DNA of 24,378 nt from a virus (taxonomy: Duplodnaviria; Caudoviricetes). The translations under genes were made by a program, and so were the position numbers. Shown in pieces: positions 8,535 through 17,623 of this stretch (its first letter is position 1; each line of letters starts with the position of its first letter). The notes below the pieces were generated by a model that was not told the origin of the DNA, did no database searches, and saw nothing but the letters and a program-made list of their open reading frames with translations. The stretch lies in IMG/VR virus record IMGVR_UViG_3300040856_002880, positions 1-24,378 of that record. The stretch is one strand, 5' to 3'.

Positions 8535-8541
8535 ATAAATA
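8535..8541 (+). promoter_or_regulatory. Late promoter ATAAATA for gp26
   Basis: ATAAATA about 30 nt upstream of ATG 8571. Confidence 0.7.
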
Positions 8542-8570
8542 TAGTAACCTGAATTTATAATTCACAAAGT

Positions 8571-9290
8571 ATGCCTTTACCAAAGATTTCGACGCCCACT
8601 TATTTCTTGACACTACCATCGACAGGGAAAGAAATTAAGTATAGGCCATTTTTAGTTAGAGAAGAAAAGTTGCTTGTACTTGCACTTGAGAGTGAAGATC
8701 CTAAGCAAATTACAGAAGCAATTAAAACAGTCATTAAGAGTTGCATCCAAACAAGAGGAGTTAAAGTAGAAACTTTACCAACTTTTGATATTGAATATCT
8801 GTTTCTCAATATCAGAGGAAAGTCTGTAGGGGAAGAGATTGAAGTTAATATTATTTGTCCAGATGATGGTCAAACAACAGTACCAGTTAAGATTTTAGTC
8901 GATGAAATTGAGGTACAAAAGTATGATGGCCATGATTCAAACATTAAGATTGATGATGACATTGTTCTTCAAATGAGATATCCATCACTTGAGCAATTTA
9001 TTAAGAACAATTTTGATTTGAATGCGACCAATGATATGGACCAGGCATTTGATCTGATTGCATCTTGTATTGATAAAATTTGTACAGCAGATGAAGTTTG
9101 GTCAACTAGTGATGTAACTAAAAAAGAAGTCAATGAGTTTTTAGATCAAATGAACTCATCTCAATTTAAAAAGATTGAGAAGTTTTTTGAGACTATGCCA
9201 AAATTAGCTCATAATATTAAGGTAACCAATCCAAATACCAAAGTTGAAAGTGAAGTTGTTCTTGAAGGGTTATCATCTTTTTTCGTATAG
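8571..9290 (+). CDS. gp26: Baseplate hub assembly protein gp26
   Basis: MPLPKI.TPTY.LTLPS...YRPFLVREEKLL, FDIEYLFLNIRGKSVGE, FFETMPKL, LEGLSSFF. Confidence 0.9.
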   Translation: MPLPKISTPTYFLTLPSTGKEIKYRPFLVREEKLLVLALESEDPKQITEAIKTVIKSCIQTRGVKVETLPTFDIEYLFLNIRGKSVGEEIEVNIICPDDGQTTVPVKILVDEIEVQKYDGHDSNIKIDDDIVLQMRYPSLEQFIKNNFDLNATNDMDQAFDLIASCIDKICTADEVWSTSDVTKKEVNEFLDQMNSSQFKKIEKFFETMPKLAHNIKVTNPNTKVESEVVLEGLSSFFV

Positions 9291-9311
9291 CAATGATCCA
9301 TATGGATCTTG
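9278..9311 (+). promoter_or_regulatory. Candidate -1 ribosomal frameshift signal (slippery heptamer + hairpin)
   Basis: T TTT TTC at 9278-9284 in the gp26 frame; hairpin at 9291-9311; the -1 frame reads CGT ATA GCA ATG into gp51. Confidence 0.6.
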
Positions 9312-9469
9312 AAAATTATTATATGTTAAATTTTGCCCTCCTTCAGTACCATAAATACTCTTTGACAGAGATTGAAAATTTGATTCCCTGGGAACGGGAC
9401 ATCTATGTTACTTTATTAAAAAATCATCTGGAAGAAGAAAAACAAAAGCAGCAATCTAATGGATCCTGA
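9293..9469 (+). CDS. gp51: gp51-like baseplate hub assembly chaperone (58 aa, not in ORF track)
   Basis: Manual translation MIHMDLENYYMLNFALLQYHKYSLTEIENLIPWERDIYVTLLKNHLEEEKQKQQSNGS; the NF.L.QYHKYSLTEIEN..PWER motif is typical of cyanophage gp51. Confidence 0.88.
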   Translation: MIHMDLENYYMLNFALLQYHKYSLTEIENLIPWERDIYVTLLKNHLEEEKQKQQSNGS

Positions 9470-11402
9470 TTTTCCCGACTTAGATGATCTACTAAACAGT
9501 ATTCAAGATGAGGGTAAAAGAGAAAGAGCTCTTGCCCTCTATGAAGGAACACGAGAAGATGATTTAGTTGAGGAAGAAATTGATGAAAGGATATTAAGAC
9601 TTTTAGGTCTAGAAGATACTTTTGATATTGACTATGATACATATAAGACTCTTTTAAAAGAAGCAAATATAAGGTATAGTGTAATAGGCACAAAGGACAT
9701 CCCAACAGATGAGGTGATGTTACTGCAAGAGGAATTAAAAAGAGTAAGAAGAAAGGTTGGTAGATTTAAGTTAAAGAAGAAAAAGATAACTGCGGATGAC
9801 CTTGGCGTATCTGGTGCAATTAGAAAAGAAGACAAGCAACAGTACTATCTTGTAAGTAAAGCCATCATTCCAGAAGCAGAGGTTTCTGGTGAAGAATCAA
9901 AGGAAAAGACTGATAGATTATTAGAAAATATTGTTACAATCAGAGAAACTGTAGAAGGTATTCTTGATAAATTAAAGGACCAAGTTAAGTTAGAAAAAGA
10001 TACTGCAGAACTTGAGAGAAAAAGAGAGCAGGTTGCAAAAAGAAATAGAAGAGAATCTGAATTAGAAAAGAAAAAGCAGAAAAAAGGTGGAGCATTAGGT
10101 GCCATTGCAAAAGTTTTTTCTCCAATACAAGGAGTTTTGAATTCTATATTCAGATTTCTTGCATATAGTATTTTAGGAAGAGCATTCCGTTCATTTATAG
10201 ATTGGTTCTCTGACGAAAAAAATAAAAAGAAAGTAGATACTATTGTAAGATTTTTGAAGGATTGGTGGCCTGCAATTCTGGGAGCACTATTCTTATTCAC
10301 AAATCCATTTGGTAGATTTATTAGAGCATTCATTGGAACTGTTTTAAAACTTACCCTTAGACTTACTAAATTTGCTATTCCAAAACTTTTAGCTTTTGCG
10401 AAGAACAAACCTGCTGTTGCTGCTGCACTTGCTGGAGCAGGATTGTTTGCTGCAGGTGCAGTTGTACCTAAACTATTCCCAGAGACTGTTGATGCAGAAG
10501 AAAGAAAAACTGAAGCAGCTCCTGGTAGTAAAGAAGAAAAGATAGAGGCACTGAAAAAGCAAAAAGCAAATTTAGGTTTCTTAGAAAAACTTCAGGGTGT
10601 TGGTTCTGAAATTGATGAGCAAATCAATCAACTTGAAACTGGACAAACAAAATCATATGGATTTAATGGTGGTGGGTCAGTTCCAGAAAATAAAATATCA
10701 GCAAAAGATATTAGATTTGATGGTGGTGGAGTAATTAATTCTGGTTCTGGATTGAAAATATCTGGTGCTGGTTCTGATACACAATTAGTTGCAGCAACTC
10801 CAGGAGAAATCGTAATATCCAAACCAGCAGTTGATACATTTGGTGCAGATACTTTCTTAGGTATGAATGAGATGGGTGGAGGAACTAACAAACCATCTAT
10901 GATTAATAATATACAATTTGCTGCTGGTGGTGGAATGGTTGGCAAAAAGAAGACTGGTATGAAACCAAATAAATTTAAGTTACCATTTTTCAACATACCA
11001 TCTTTGAGAAAAAATAAAGTTGAGAATCGTGAAAAATCTCCTGTAGGAATGTCTTCTAGAAGTTATAATAATATTTCTGTTGGAAATGTTGGTAATAAGT
11101 ACACAAATAATTCCAAGATGATTTCTCAGAATATTATGAAATCGAATAGTTATCCAGTAAACTATTCACCAAATCAGAACTATTCTCAATTGCAATTAAC
11201 TTCTGGTTCACGAGTTAATATGATGATTCCTGGGCCACTTCCCAGTGGTTCTAGTTCTTCATTCATTCCTTTGCCAGATATAGTACAATCATTGCCATCC
11301 CAACAAATGGGTGTGAATGATGGAACAAAAATTCCAGAATTTATTGGAAGTCCTTTTAGTGATAAAGCATCTATAAACGCAGGAATATACGGGATAGTAT
11401 AA
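9459..11402 (+). CDS. Tape-measure-like / baseplate hub virion protein 1
   Basis: Charged coiled-coil N-half, hydrophobic/amphipathic helices (WWPAILGALFLF, AVAAALAGAGLFAAGAVV), and SGAGSDTQLVAATPGEIVISKPAV...MN motif seen at tape-measure C-termini; directly after gp26/gp51. Confidence 0.6.
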   Translation: MDPDFPDLDDLLNSIQDEGKRERALALYEGTREDDLVEEEIDERILRLLGLEDTFDIDYDTYKTLLKEANIRYSVIGTKDIPTDEVMLLQEELKRVRRKVGRFKLKKKKITADDLGVSGAIRKEDKQQYYLVSKAIIPEAEVSGEESKEKTDRLLENIVTIRETVEGILDKLKDQVKLEKDTAELERKREQVAKRNRRESELEKKKQKKGGALGAIAKVFSPIQGVLNSIFRFLAYSILGRAFRSFIDWFSDEKNKKKVDTIVRFLKDWWPAILGALFLFTNPFGRFIRAFIGTVLKLTLRLTKFAIPKLLAFAKNKPAVAAALAGAGLFAAGAVVPKLFPETVDAEERKTEAAPGSKEEKIEALKKQKANLGFLEKLQGVGSEIDEQINQLETGQTKSYGFNGGGSVPENKISAKDIRFDGGGVINSGSGLKISGAGSDTQLVAATPGEIVISKPAVDTFGADTFLGMNEMGGGTNKPSMINNIQFAAGGGMVGKKKTGMKPNKFKLPFFNIPSLRKNKVENREKSPVGMSSRSYNNISVGNVGNKYTNNSKMISQNIMKSNSYPVNYSPNQNYSQLQLTSGSRVNMMIPGPLPSGSSSSFIPLPDIVQSLPSQQMGVNDGTKIPEFIGSPFSDKASINAGIYGIV

Positions 11403-11403
11403 A

Positions 11404-13860
11404 ATGGCAGTAATAGATTCGGAAAAACTACTACCACCATCAAAGTCCTCAGGAAATTCTTTGGACAGTCAAAAATTTCTTGTACCAATAACAAATTTAC
11501 AACCAAAATCTTCTGCCATCATAAAGGCTTCTGATATAAAACCAGGAGAAACTGAAGAACAAGCACCAAGGATTGCAAAGAAATCTATATTATTTGAAGT
11601 CATTAAGATTAAAAAGAGTACAATTAAGATAGATAAAATTCTTGGTAAGAGAAGTGAATTTGTAAAGAAGCAGCAGGAAAGAAAAAGAAAATCCTTAGAG
11701 AATGAAAGTAGAGATAAAAAGGAAAGAGCATTAGAAGGAAAAAAGAAAAAGAAAAAAGAAGGTTCTAAATTTCCATCTTTACCTGGACTTAGTTTCTTAG
11801 ATAAGATTGGCAATTTTATTTTCTATAGTCTTCTTGGAAACTTTTTTAATAATTTTGGAGAGTATCTTCCTAAACTATTAGAAATTGGAAAGGTTATAGG
11901 CCCAGTCTCAAATTTTCTTATCAGTTTCTCTGGAAAAATTTTAAATGCTACTGTTTCTTTTATTGAACTTGGATATAATGCATATGATAAAGTTAGAGAA
12001 CTGACAAAGAAAATTGGTGGTGAGGATGCAGAGAAAAAGTTTGATGAATTCAGCAAGCAATTTAATAGATTTGCAAACATTGCAATCATTGCAGCTATTG
12101 CTGCAAGTGGTGGAACTGATTTTGGTGGCGGTCGTGGAAAGGGGGGAGGAGTTCAAAGAAGAGGATTTGATACTAAAGGGAGAAGAGTAACTAATAGTGC
12201 ACAGAGAAGATACTTTCAGAAGTATGGTAGAGATAAATTCATTGAAAGATTTGGAAAAGAAAATTTAAAAAATATTCCAAAGTCTGCTCAGAGAAGTGGA
12301 TTAACAAAAGTTGCTAGAGGTGCTGTAGCAAAAACATTAGGTAGAAGTGGCTCTAAGCAAGCATTAAAGTTAACCAAAAGGTTTATAAGTCCACTTGTAA
12401 AAAGAATTCCAATCATTGGTGCATTCATAGATTTTGCATTAAATTATTTTGTCTTTAAGGAACCTCTTGGACGTGCAGCATTTAAAGCAATAGGAACGGC
12501 ATTGGTTGGTGTTATTGGAACTGCCCTTGGTGGTCCAATTGGTGCAGTTATTGGAAGTCTTTTGGGTGATTGGGCTGGAGGTGCTGTTTATGATTCATTC
12601 TTTAAGAATAAAAAACCAGTCACTCCAAAAGAAGACAGAACAAAGGACCAAGATAAAATAAAACCCGGAAGAAAACCAGAAACTCCACAATCAAGAAAGT
12701 CTTCTGGAGTAATCACTGGTTCTCAAATGGAAAAGTGGAAAGCATTTTATGCAATGGCAGAAGCAGCAGGTGCAAAGTATCCACAACTTGTGGCTGCACA
12801 GTTTGCACTGGAGTCTGGTTGGGGTCAAAGTCTTGCTGCAAAAAATAATTTCTTTGGAATTAAGGCAACGTCAAGTGAGTCTGCAACACTTTCATCAACT
12901 CAAGAAGTTTATGGAGGAAAAACTGTTCAGACTGCAGCAAGATTTAAGAACTTTGATACTCCACAAGATGCAGTCAATCATCTTGTAACTCAATGGTACA
13001 AGGACTATCGTGGTTATCGTGGAGTTAACAATGCTGGTAGTGCACAAGATGCAGCAGATATGCTTCGTTCTGAAGGCTATGCTACTGATCCTGCATACTC
13101 AGCAAAACTAAAAGATTTGATGTCTAGATTTGCTGATGTTACAGGAACAAGAGATGATATTTCTGGAATCTCTTATTCAGAATCTGGTTCTAATATAACT
13201 ACAAACATAAAAACAGGTTCTGGATATGGTTCTCAAGGAAGTAAAATTGCCGGGGAACTTGGTAGATTTATTCAGAGCGAACTTAGGAAAGGACCAGATT
13301 TCCAAGCAGTGACCGAACATCCTGAATTTGGTGGTGTTAATGCAGTTCACTCTAAAAATTCTTATCACTATTCTGGAAGAGCAATTGATATTGGTGCATA
13401 TGATTATGAACAACCACCAATTCTTAGTGTGATTGACAAATTTGGGAAAAAGACTGGATATTTTCCTGTAGAATTACTCCATGCAGGAAACGATAGGTAT
13501 CATCAAGACCACGTTCACGTTGCATATAAATCTGGAGGATGGGTTAGAGGATTAACAAAGGCAATTCTTGGTGAAAGAGGAAATGAATTTGTATTTGATG
13601 CTGATACCACAGCTGCACTGGAAGACAAGTATCCTGGACTGTTGAGTGCCCTTAACAAAGCAAACTATACAGAGTCCCTTTCATTGTTAAAAAATTATAC
13701 AAGTTATTATAATCCATCTATGAGTGGCAATACTATTATGGTGCAGAGAGTAATTGTAGAAAAACCAATTTCAATGGGTGGAAGAGGAGGTGGTGGATTT
13801 GTAGCAGACTCTTCCAGTTCTAACATAGATAATAATATAGCAGCACTATCTGTAGGATAA
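11404..13860 (+). CDS. Tape-measure-like virion protein 2 with GH73 glucosaminidase and M15-like Zn-peptidase domains
   Basis: AQFALESGWG...NNFFGIKA...GYATDPAYSAKL (GH73/FlgJ); HSKNSYHYSGRAIDI...HQDHVHV (M15-like); IPIIGAFID and GTALGGPIGAVIGSLLG helices; LGERGNEFV motif. Confidence 0.75.
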   Translation: MAVIDSEKLLPPSKSSGNSLDSQKFLVPITNLQPKSSAIIKASDIKPGETEEQAPRIAKKSILFEVIKIKKSTIKIDKILGKRSEFVKKQQERKRKSLENESRDKKERALEGKKKKKKEGSKFPSLPGLSFLDKIGNFIFYSLLGNFFNNFGEYLPKLLEIGKVIGPVSNFLISFSGKILNATVSFIELGYNAYDKVRELTKKIGGEDAEKKFDEFSKQFNRFANIAIIAAIAASGGTDFGGGRGKGGGVQRRGFDTKGRRVTNSAQRRYFQKYGRDKFIERFGKENLKNIPKSAQRSGLTKVARGAVAKTLGRSGSKQALKLTKRFISPLVKRIPIIGAFIDFALNYFVFKEPLGRAAFKAIGTALVGVIGTALGGPIGAVIGSLLGDWAGGAVYDSFFKNKKPVTPKEDRTKDQDKIKPGRKPETPQSRKSSGVITGSQMEKWKAFYAMAEAAGAKYPQLVAAQFALESGWGQSLAAKNNFFGIKATSSESATLSSTQEVYGGKTVQTAARFKNFDTPQDAVNHLVTQWYKDYRGYRGVNNAGSAQDAADMLRSEGYATDPAYSAKLKDLMSRFADVTGTRDDISGISYSESGSNITTNIKTGSGYGSQGSKIAGELGRFIQSELRKGPDFQAVTEHPEFGGVNAVHSKNSYHYSGRAIDIGAYDYEQPPILSVIDKFGKKTGYFPVELLHAGNDRYHQDHVHVAYKSGGWVRGLTKAILGERGNEFVFDADTTAALEDKYPGLLSALNKANYTESLSLLKNYTSYYNPSMSGNTIMVQRVIVEKPISMGGRGGGGFVADSSSSNIDNNIAALSVG

Positions 13861-15179
13861 TGGGATTAGAGAATCAGGTTGCAAGGCAATATAACATAGG
13901 AAAATTTAAAATATATTCCAATGATGGAAAGAATTCTGTTGACTTGACAACAGGTGAAGGATATTTTTTGAACCTACAATACAATGAAAGTATATTGGAG
14001 AATCAAGTATCTGCTACAGTAACAATTGCAGACATTGGATATGCTGTTGGAGATTCACAGAATCAAAAATATCTTGGCCTGATTGATGGTTTGGATATGT
14101 GTGGTGGTGAAAGAGTAGAACTTGTACTGGAAGATGGATACAAAAACAAATTAGAATTCATTGATGAGAAGTGTCTTTATGTTGCAAAAATTAGAAACAA
14201 ACTTGAAGATACTCAGAAGATGGTATTTGTAATTGATTTGGTAACCAAAGAATTTTTTATGAATGAACTTGTGGAAACAAGAGTTGATGGACCTTTCGAT
14301 GGTAAAATATCAGTCTCAGTAGAAAATATTCTTAAACAATATCTGAGGACAGAGAAAGATGTTGATATTGAAGAAACAGATAATGTATATTCATTTAATG
14401 GCCATGTCGAGAAACCATTCTATAAATGTACTTGGTTAGGTAAAAGGTCAGTACCAAAAGATGGGACAAGTAAATCTGCAGGATTTTTCTTTTATGAAAA
14501 TTATGATGGGTTTAAATTTAAGTCTATTGAATCATTGTTAGATTCTGAAAGAATACAATATAAAAAATATGTTTTCACAAACACTACAGAACTTCCAGAT
14601 GAATATGATGGAAAGATTCTTGAGTATATGCCCATTATTAATATTGATGTTCAACAAAAAATGAGCATAGGTGCATATGGTTCTCAAGTTAAGACATACA
14701 ATTTTTATGATAATGAATATAAAGAAAAGAACATAGGTTCTCAAAAAGAAGGAGAAAAGGGAATTAATCTTGCAGGCAACAACTTACCACGTTTACCTGA
14801 AGAAATGTTTGATAAACCAACAAGAATTATTGGTAAGATGCAACCAATTGGTGTAAAGCAAAAGTTAAATAAGGAGAAATCAAAAGAGAAGGACTACAAC
14901 GTAGATGAGATTGTTGCACAGGCAGCAAGTCGTTATAATCAATTGTTTACCATTGTATTGACTGCAAAAATTGCTGGAGATTTTTCTCATAGAGTTGGTG
15001 ATATTATATTCTGCGATTTTCCAGAACAGTCTCCAGGAAAAACTCAAGCAGTGAGTGGTAAAAATAGTGGGATATATATGATAGCCAACTTAGCACAACA
15101 AGTTGATGCCAGAGAGGGTTGTTGGACTCAGTTTACTCTTGTTAGAGATTCTTACGGAAGGAAACCATTTAAAAGATGA
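13860..15179 (+). CDS. Probable baseplate hub protein (gp27-like)
   Basis: YNESIL..VSATVTIAD, GFFFYENYDGFKFKSIESL, IAGD...VGDII, SGIYMI...LVRDSYG pattern of hub proteins; precedes gp5. Confidence 0.6.
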   Translation: MGLENQVARQYNIGKFKIYSNDGKNSVDLTTGEGYFLNLQYNESILENQVSATVTIADIGYAVGDSQNQKYLGLIDGLDMCGGERVELVLEDGYKNKLEFIDEKCLYVAKIRNKLEDTQKMVFVIDLVTKEFFMNELVETRVDGPFDGKISVSVENILKQYLRTEKDVDIEETDNVYSFNGHVEKPFYKCTWLGKRSVPKDGTSKSAGFFFYENYDGFKFKSIESLLDSERIQYKKYVFTNTTELPDEYDGKILEYMPIINIDVQQKMSIGAYGSQVKTYNFYDNEYKEKNIGSQKEGEKGINLAGNNLPRLPEEMFDKPTRIIGKMQPIGVKQKLNKEKSKEKDYNVDEIVAQAASRYNQLFTIVLTAKIAGDFSHRVGDIIFCDFPEQSPGKTQAVSGKNSGIYMIANLAQQVDAREGCWTQFTLVRDSYGRKPFKR

Positions 15180-17623
15180 CTCAAGGAAATTTTAACCCGG
15201 AACAAATTGGATCAGCAGGACTCTATTGGTGGACTGGGATTATTGTATCTGATGAGTCTTGGAAAGACAATGAGATTGCGGAGAAATGGAATACTCTAGA
15301 TCAACTTCCAGGATGGGGAGCAAGATATAAAGTTAGAATTGTAGGAAAACATACTGGTGTAAGAGAAAAACTTAGTGATGATAAGTTAGAATTGTGTGAG
15401 GTAGTATATCCTGTCACTGGTGGAACAGGCCATGCAGCAAGTTATCAAACATCAAACCTGAGACAGGGTTCAGTTGTTATTGGTTTTTACAAAGATGGCA
15501 CTGATGGAAATGAACCTATAATTCTTGGTTGTATTGGTAATAATGACCAGACAGTATTAAAAAGAGCACAGCAGAATGGTTTTGATACTCTCTCAGGATA
15601 TACAAGTAGTACAGGTACAGCAAGAGTAGCGAAGTATTCTATTCCTCCAGGAGGTTCTCCAAGGTCTAGACAATATGTTGGAGAAGCACTTTCAAATTCT
15701 ACCGATAAGGCCAACAATGCAGCAGACCAAAGAGCAGCAGAAGACCAAAGAACACCATCTCCAGTAGCATCTTCGTATGATTGTGATTTAATTAATTTTT
15801 CAGGTATTCAATTAAAGATACAAAATCTAATCATTGATATTGAGAAAAAGAAGAAAGAAATATATGATTGGAGATACTCAATTACTAATGAAATTATTAG
15901 TGAGGATGGCCAATCTTTTGGAGTAGAAGAATACGTTGCATATAAAGTTGGAAAGGTTGCAGGAGATGTAACTGCAGCAATAAAAAATCTTGTACTTGAA
16001 GTACAGAAGAAAGTAAAAGAAAACATTGAAAAAGGTGCAAAGAATTTTTATTACCTTCTTTTTCCAAATGCCAGACCTAAAGCAAAGGTTGCAATTGAAA
16101 CTGCGAATGAGTTAATTACTTGTCTGTTCAGAAAGATTATTGGTCAATTAATATCAGTAATTACTAAGTTCTTATTGTCTGCAGTTAATAAGTATATTAA
16201 TGTCCCTCTTTGTGCAGCAGAGAATATTTTAGGTGCAATCATTGGTAAGTTAAGTGGATTACTTAACTCTGCAATTAAAGCAATTATGGGGCCAGTGAAT
16301 GCAGCTCTTAAGGCAGTCGATTTGGTTGGTGATATTTTTGATATCGTTATAGGAATTTTGAGTTTTATTAAATGTGATGACCCACCAAGTTGTTCTGAAG
16401 TTAAGGAGTGGAGTATCTATGATGGCGGTGGCCAAGGATTAAATCTTGACATTGGTTCAATCATAAACAAAGTCAAGTCATTTGCAGGAGGAGTTCAGCA
16501 GTCTGTTGACCCAGATAACTTTGATTTTGATTTAGATTTTGGTGATGTATTTGATAATCCTTGTAATATAAATGCTATTCTTTGTGGTCCACCAACAGTA
16601 GAATTTTTTGGTGGTGGAGGTTCTGGAACTTCTGGTAATGCCATTGTAAGTGCATCTGGAGAAGTTTTAGGTGTTGATATTATAGGTACTGGTGGTGGTT
16701 ATTCAAATCCACCTACTGTCCGTTTTGTAGATGCCTGCGGTAAAGGTAGGGGTGCATTCGGAAGAGCTGTTATGGGTAGAGTACCTAAGAGCAACAGTGA
16801 TGGAACTGGTACTGGTACTGGTACTGGTGATGGAACTGGTACTGGTACTGGAGCAATAGATGGAAATAATAATACCGACATTGGAAACTTAGGTGATAAT
16901 GAAACAACATTAGGTGTCATTGCAGTCATTATGGATGAGACTGGAACAGGATATTTACCAACACCAAATGGGGACCAAGGTGGTGGAGGAAGAACATGGG
17001 CTGAGGCAGAAGATACTACAATTCAAAATCCAAATGGCGATTGGCAAATCCCAGTTCCACCAGGAAATACTGTCCCAGTAAATACAGGTGATACTGTAAC
17101 TACTCCACCAGGAACAATCACACCTATAGAAGGAACTGATGAAGTTATTCCTGGTGGAGCACCATATATTGTGCAGAATTCTGGTACAATTACTACACCA
17201 TCTGCACCTGATGTTAAACCATATGAAGATTATCCATCATCATCTGATGGCTCATATCCAGTCATACTGTATCTTTGTGGATTGGAAATATCAGACCCAG
17301 GATTCTTATATTCTGAAGGAGATGCTGTTGTGATTGAACCATCCAATGGTGCAACCGCAGAGATTACTTTGGGTGCATTTGGATTAATTAATAGCGTTAA
17401 GGTTACATCTCCAGGAGAAGGATTTACAGAAGTTCCAGAAATCTTTATTCAAACAGAGACTGGATATAATGCAAGACTTCTTCCAAGATTCTGCATAGAT
17501 AGAATATCGCAAGATGAACTTAAAGAACCAACACCAGAAATTCAAGACAAGATTATATCTGTCATTGATTGTGTTGGAAAGATTCCACAAACAAGAAGAG
17601 AATTTTTTAGAGTACCTCTATAA
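15176..17623 (+). CDS. gp5: gp5-like baseplate hub/spike protein (N-terminal OB fold, no lysozyme domain)
   Basis: WWTGIIV...RYKVRIVGKH...GSVVIGFYKDG...PIILGCI matches the gp5 OB domain; followed by a helical Cys-containing region and G.GY...P.V repeats. Confidence 0.8.
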   Translation: MTQGNFNPEQIGSAGLYWWTGIIVSDESWKDNEIAEKWNTLDQLPGWGARYKVRIVGKHTGVREKLSDDKLELCEVVYPVTGGTGHAASYQTSNLRQGSVVIGFYKDGTDGNEPIILGCIGNNDQTVLKRAQQNGFDTLSGYTSSTGTARVAKYSIPPGGSPRSRQYVGEALSNSTDKANNAADQRAAEDQRTPSPVASSYDCDLINFSGIQLKIQNLIIDIEKKKKEIYDWRYSITNEIISEDGQSFGVEEYVAYKVGKVAGDVTAAIKNLVLEVQKKVKENIEKGAKNFYYLLFPNARPKAKVAIETANELITCLFRKIIGQLISVITKFLLSAVNKYINVPLCAAENILGAIIGKLSGLLNSAIKAIMGPVNAALKAVDLVGDIFDIVIGILSFIKCDDPPSCSEVKEWSIYDGGGQGLNLDIGSIINKVKSFAGGVQQSVDPDNFDFDLDFGDVFDNPCNINAILCGPPTVEFFGGGGSGTSGNAIVSASGEVLGVDIIGTGGGYSNPPTVRFVDACGKGRGAFGRAVMGRVPKSNSDGTGTGTGTGDGTGTGTGAIDGNNNTDIGNLGDNETTLGVIAVIMDETGTGYLPTPNGDQGGGGRTWAEAEDTTIQNPNGDWQIPVPPGNTVPVNTGDTVTTPPGTITPIEGTDEVIPGGAPYIVQNSGTITTPSAPDVKPYEDYPSSSDGSYPVILYLCGLEISDPGFLYSEGDAVVIEPSNGATAEITLGAFGLINSVKVTSPGEGFTEVPEIFIQTETGYNARLLPRFCIDRISQDELKEPTPEIQDKIISVIDCVGKIPQTRREFFRVPL
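16797..16851 (+). repeat. 30-bp tandem duplication built of ACTGGT hexamers (DGTGTGTGTG linker)
   Basis: GTGATGGAACTGGTACTGGTACTGGTACTG followed by a 25-nt second copy. Confidence 0.9.

Noticed and set aside
9845-12156. Several Phe/Ser/Leu-rich antisense ORFs
   Set aside because: Mirror translations of Lys/Glu-rich coiled-coil genes.
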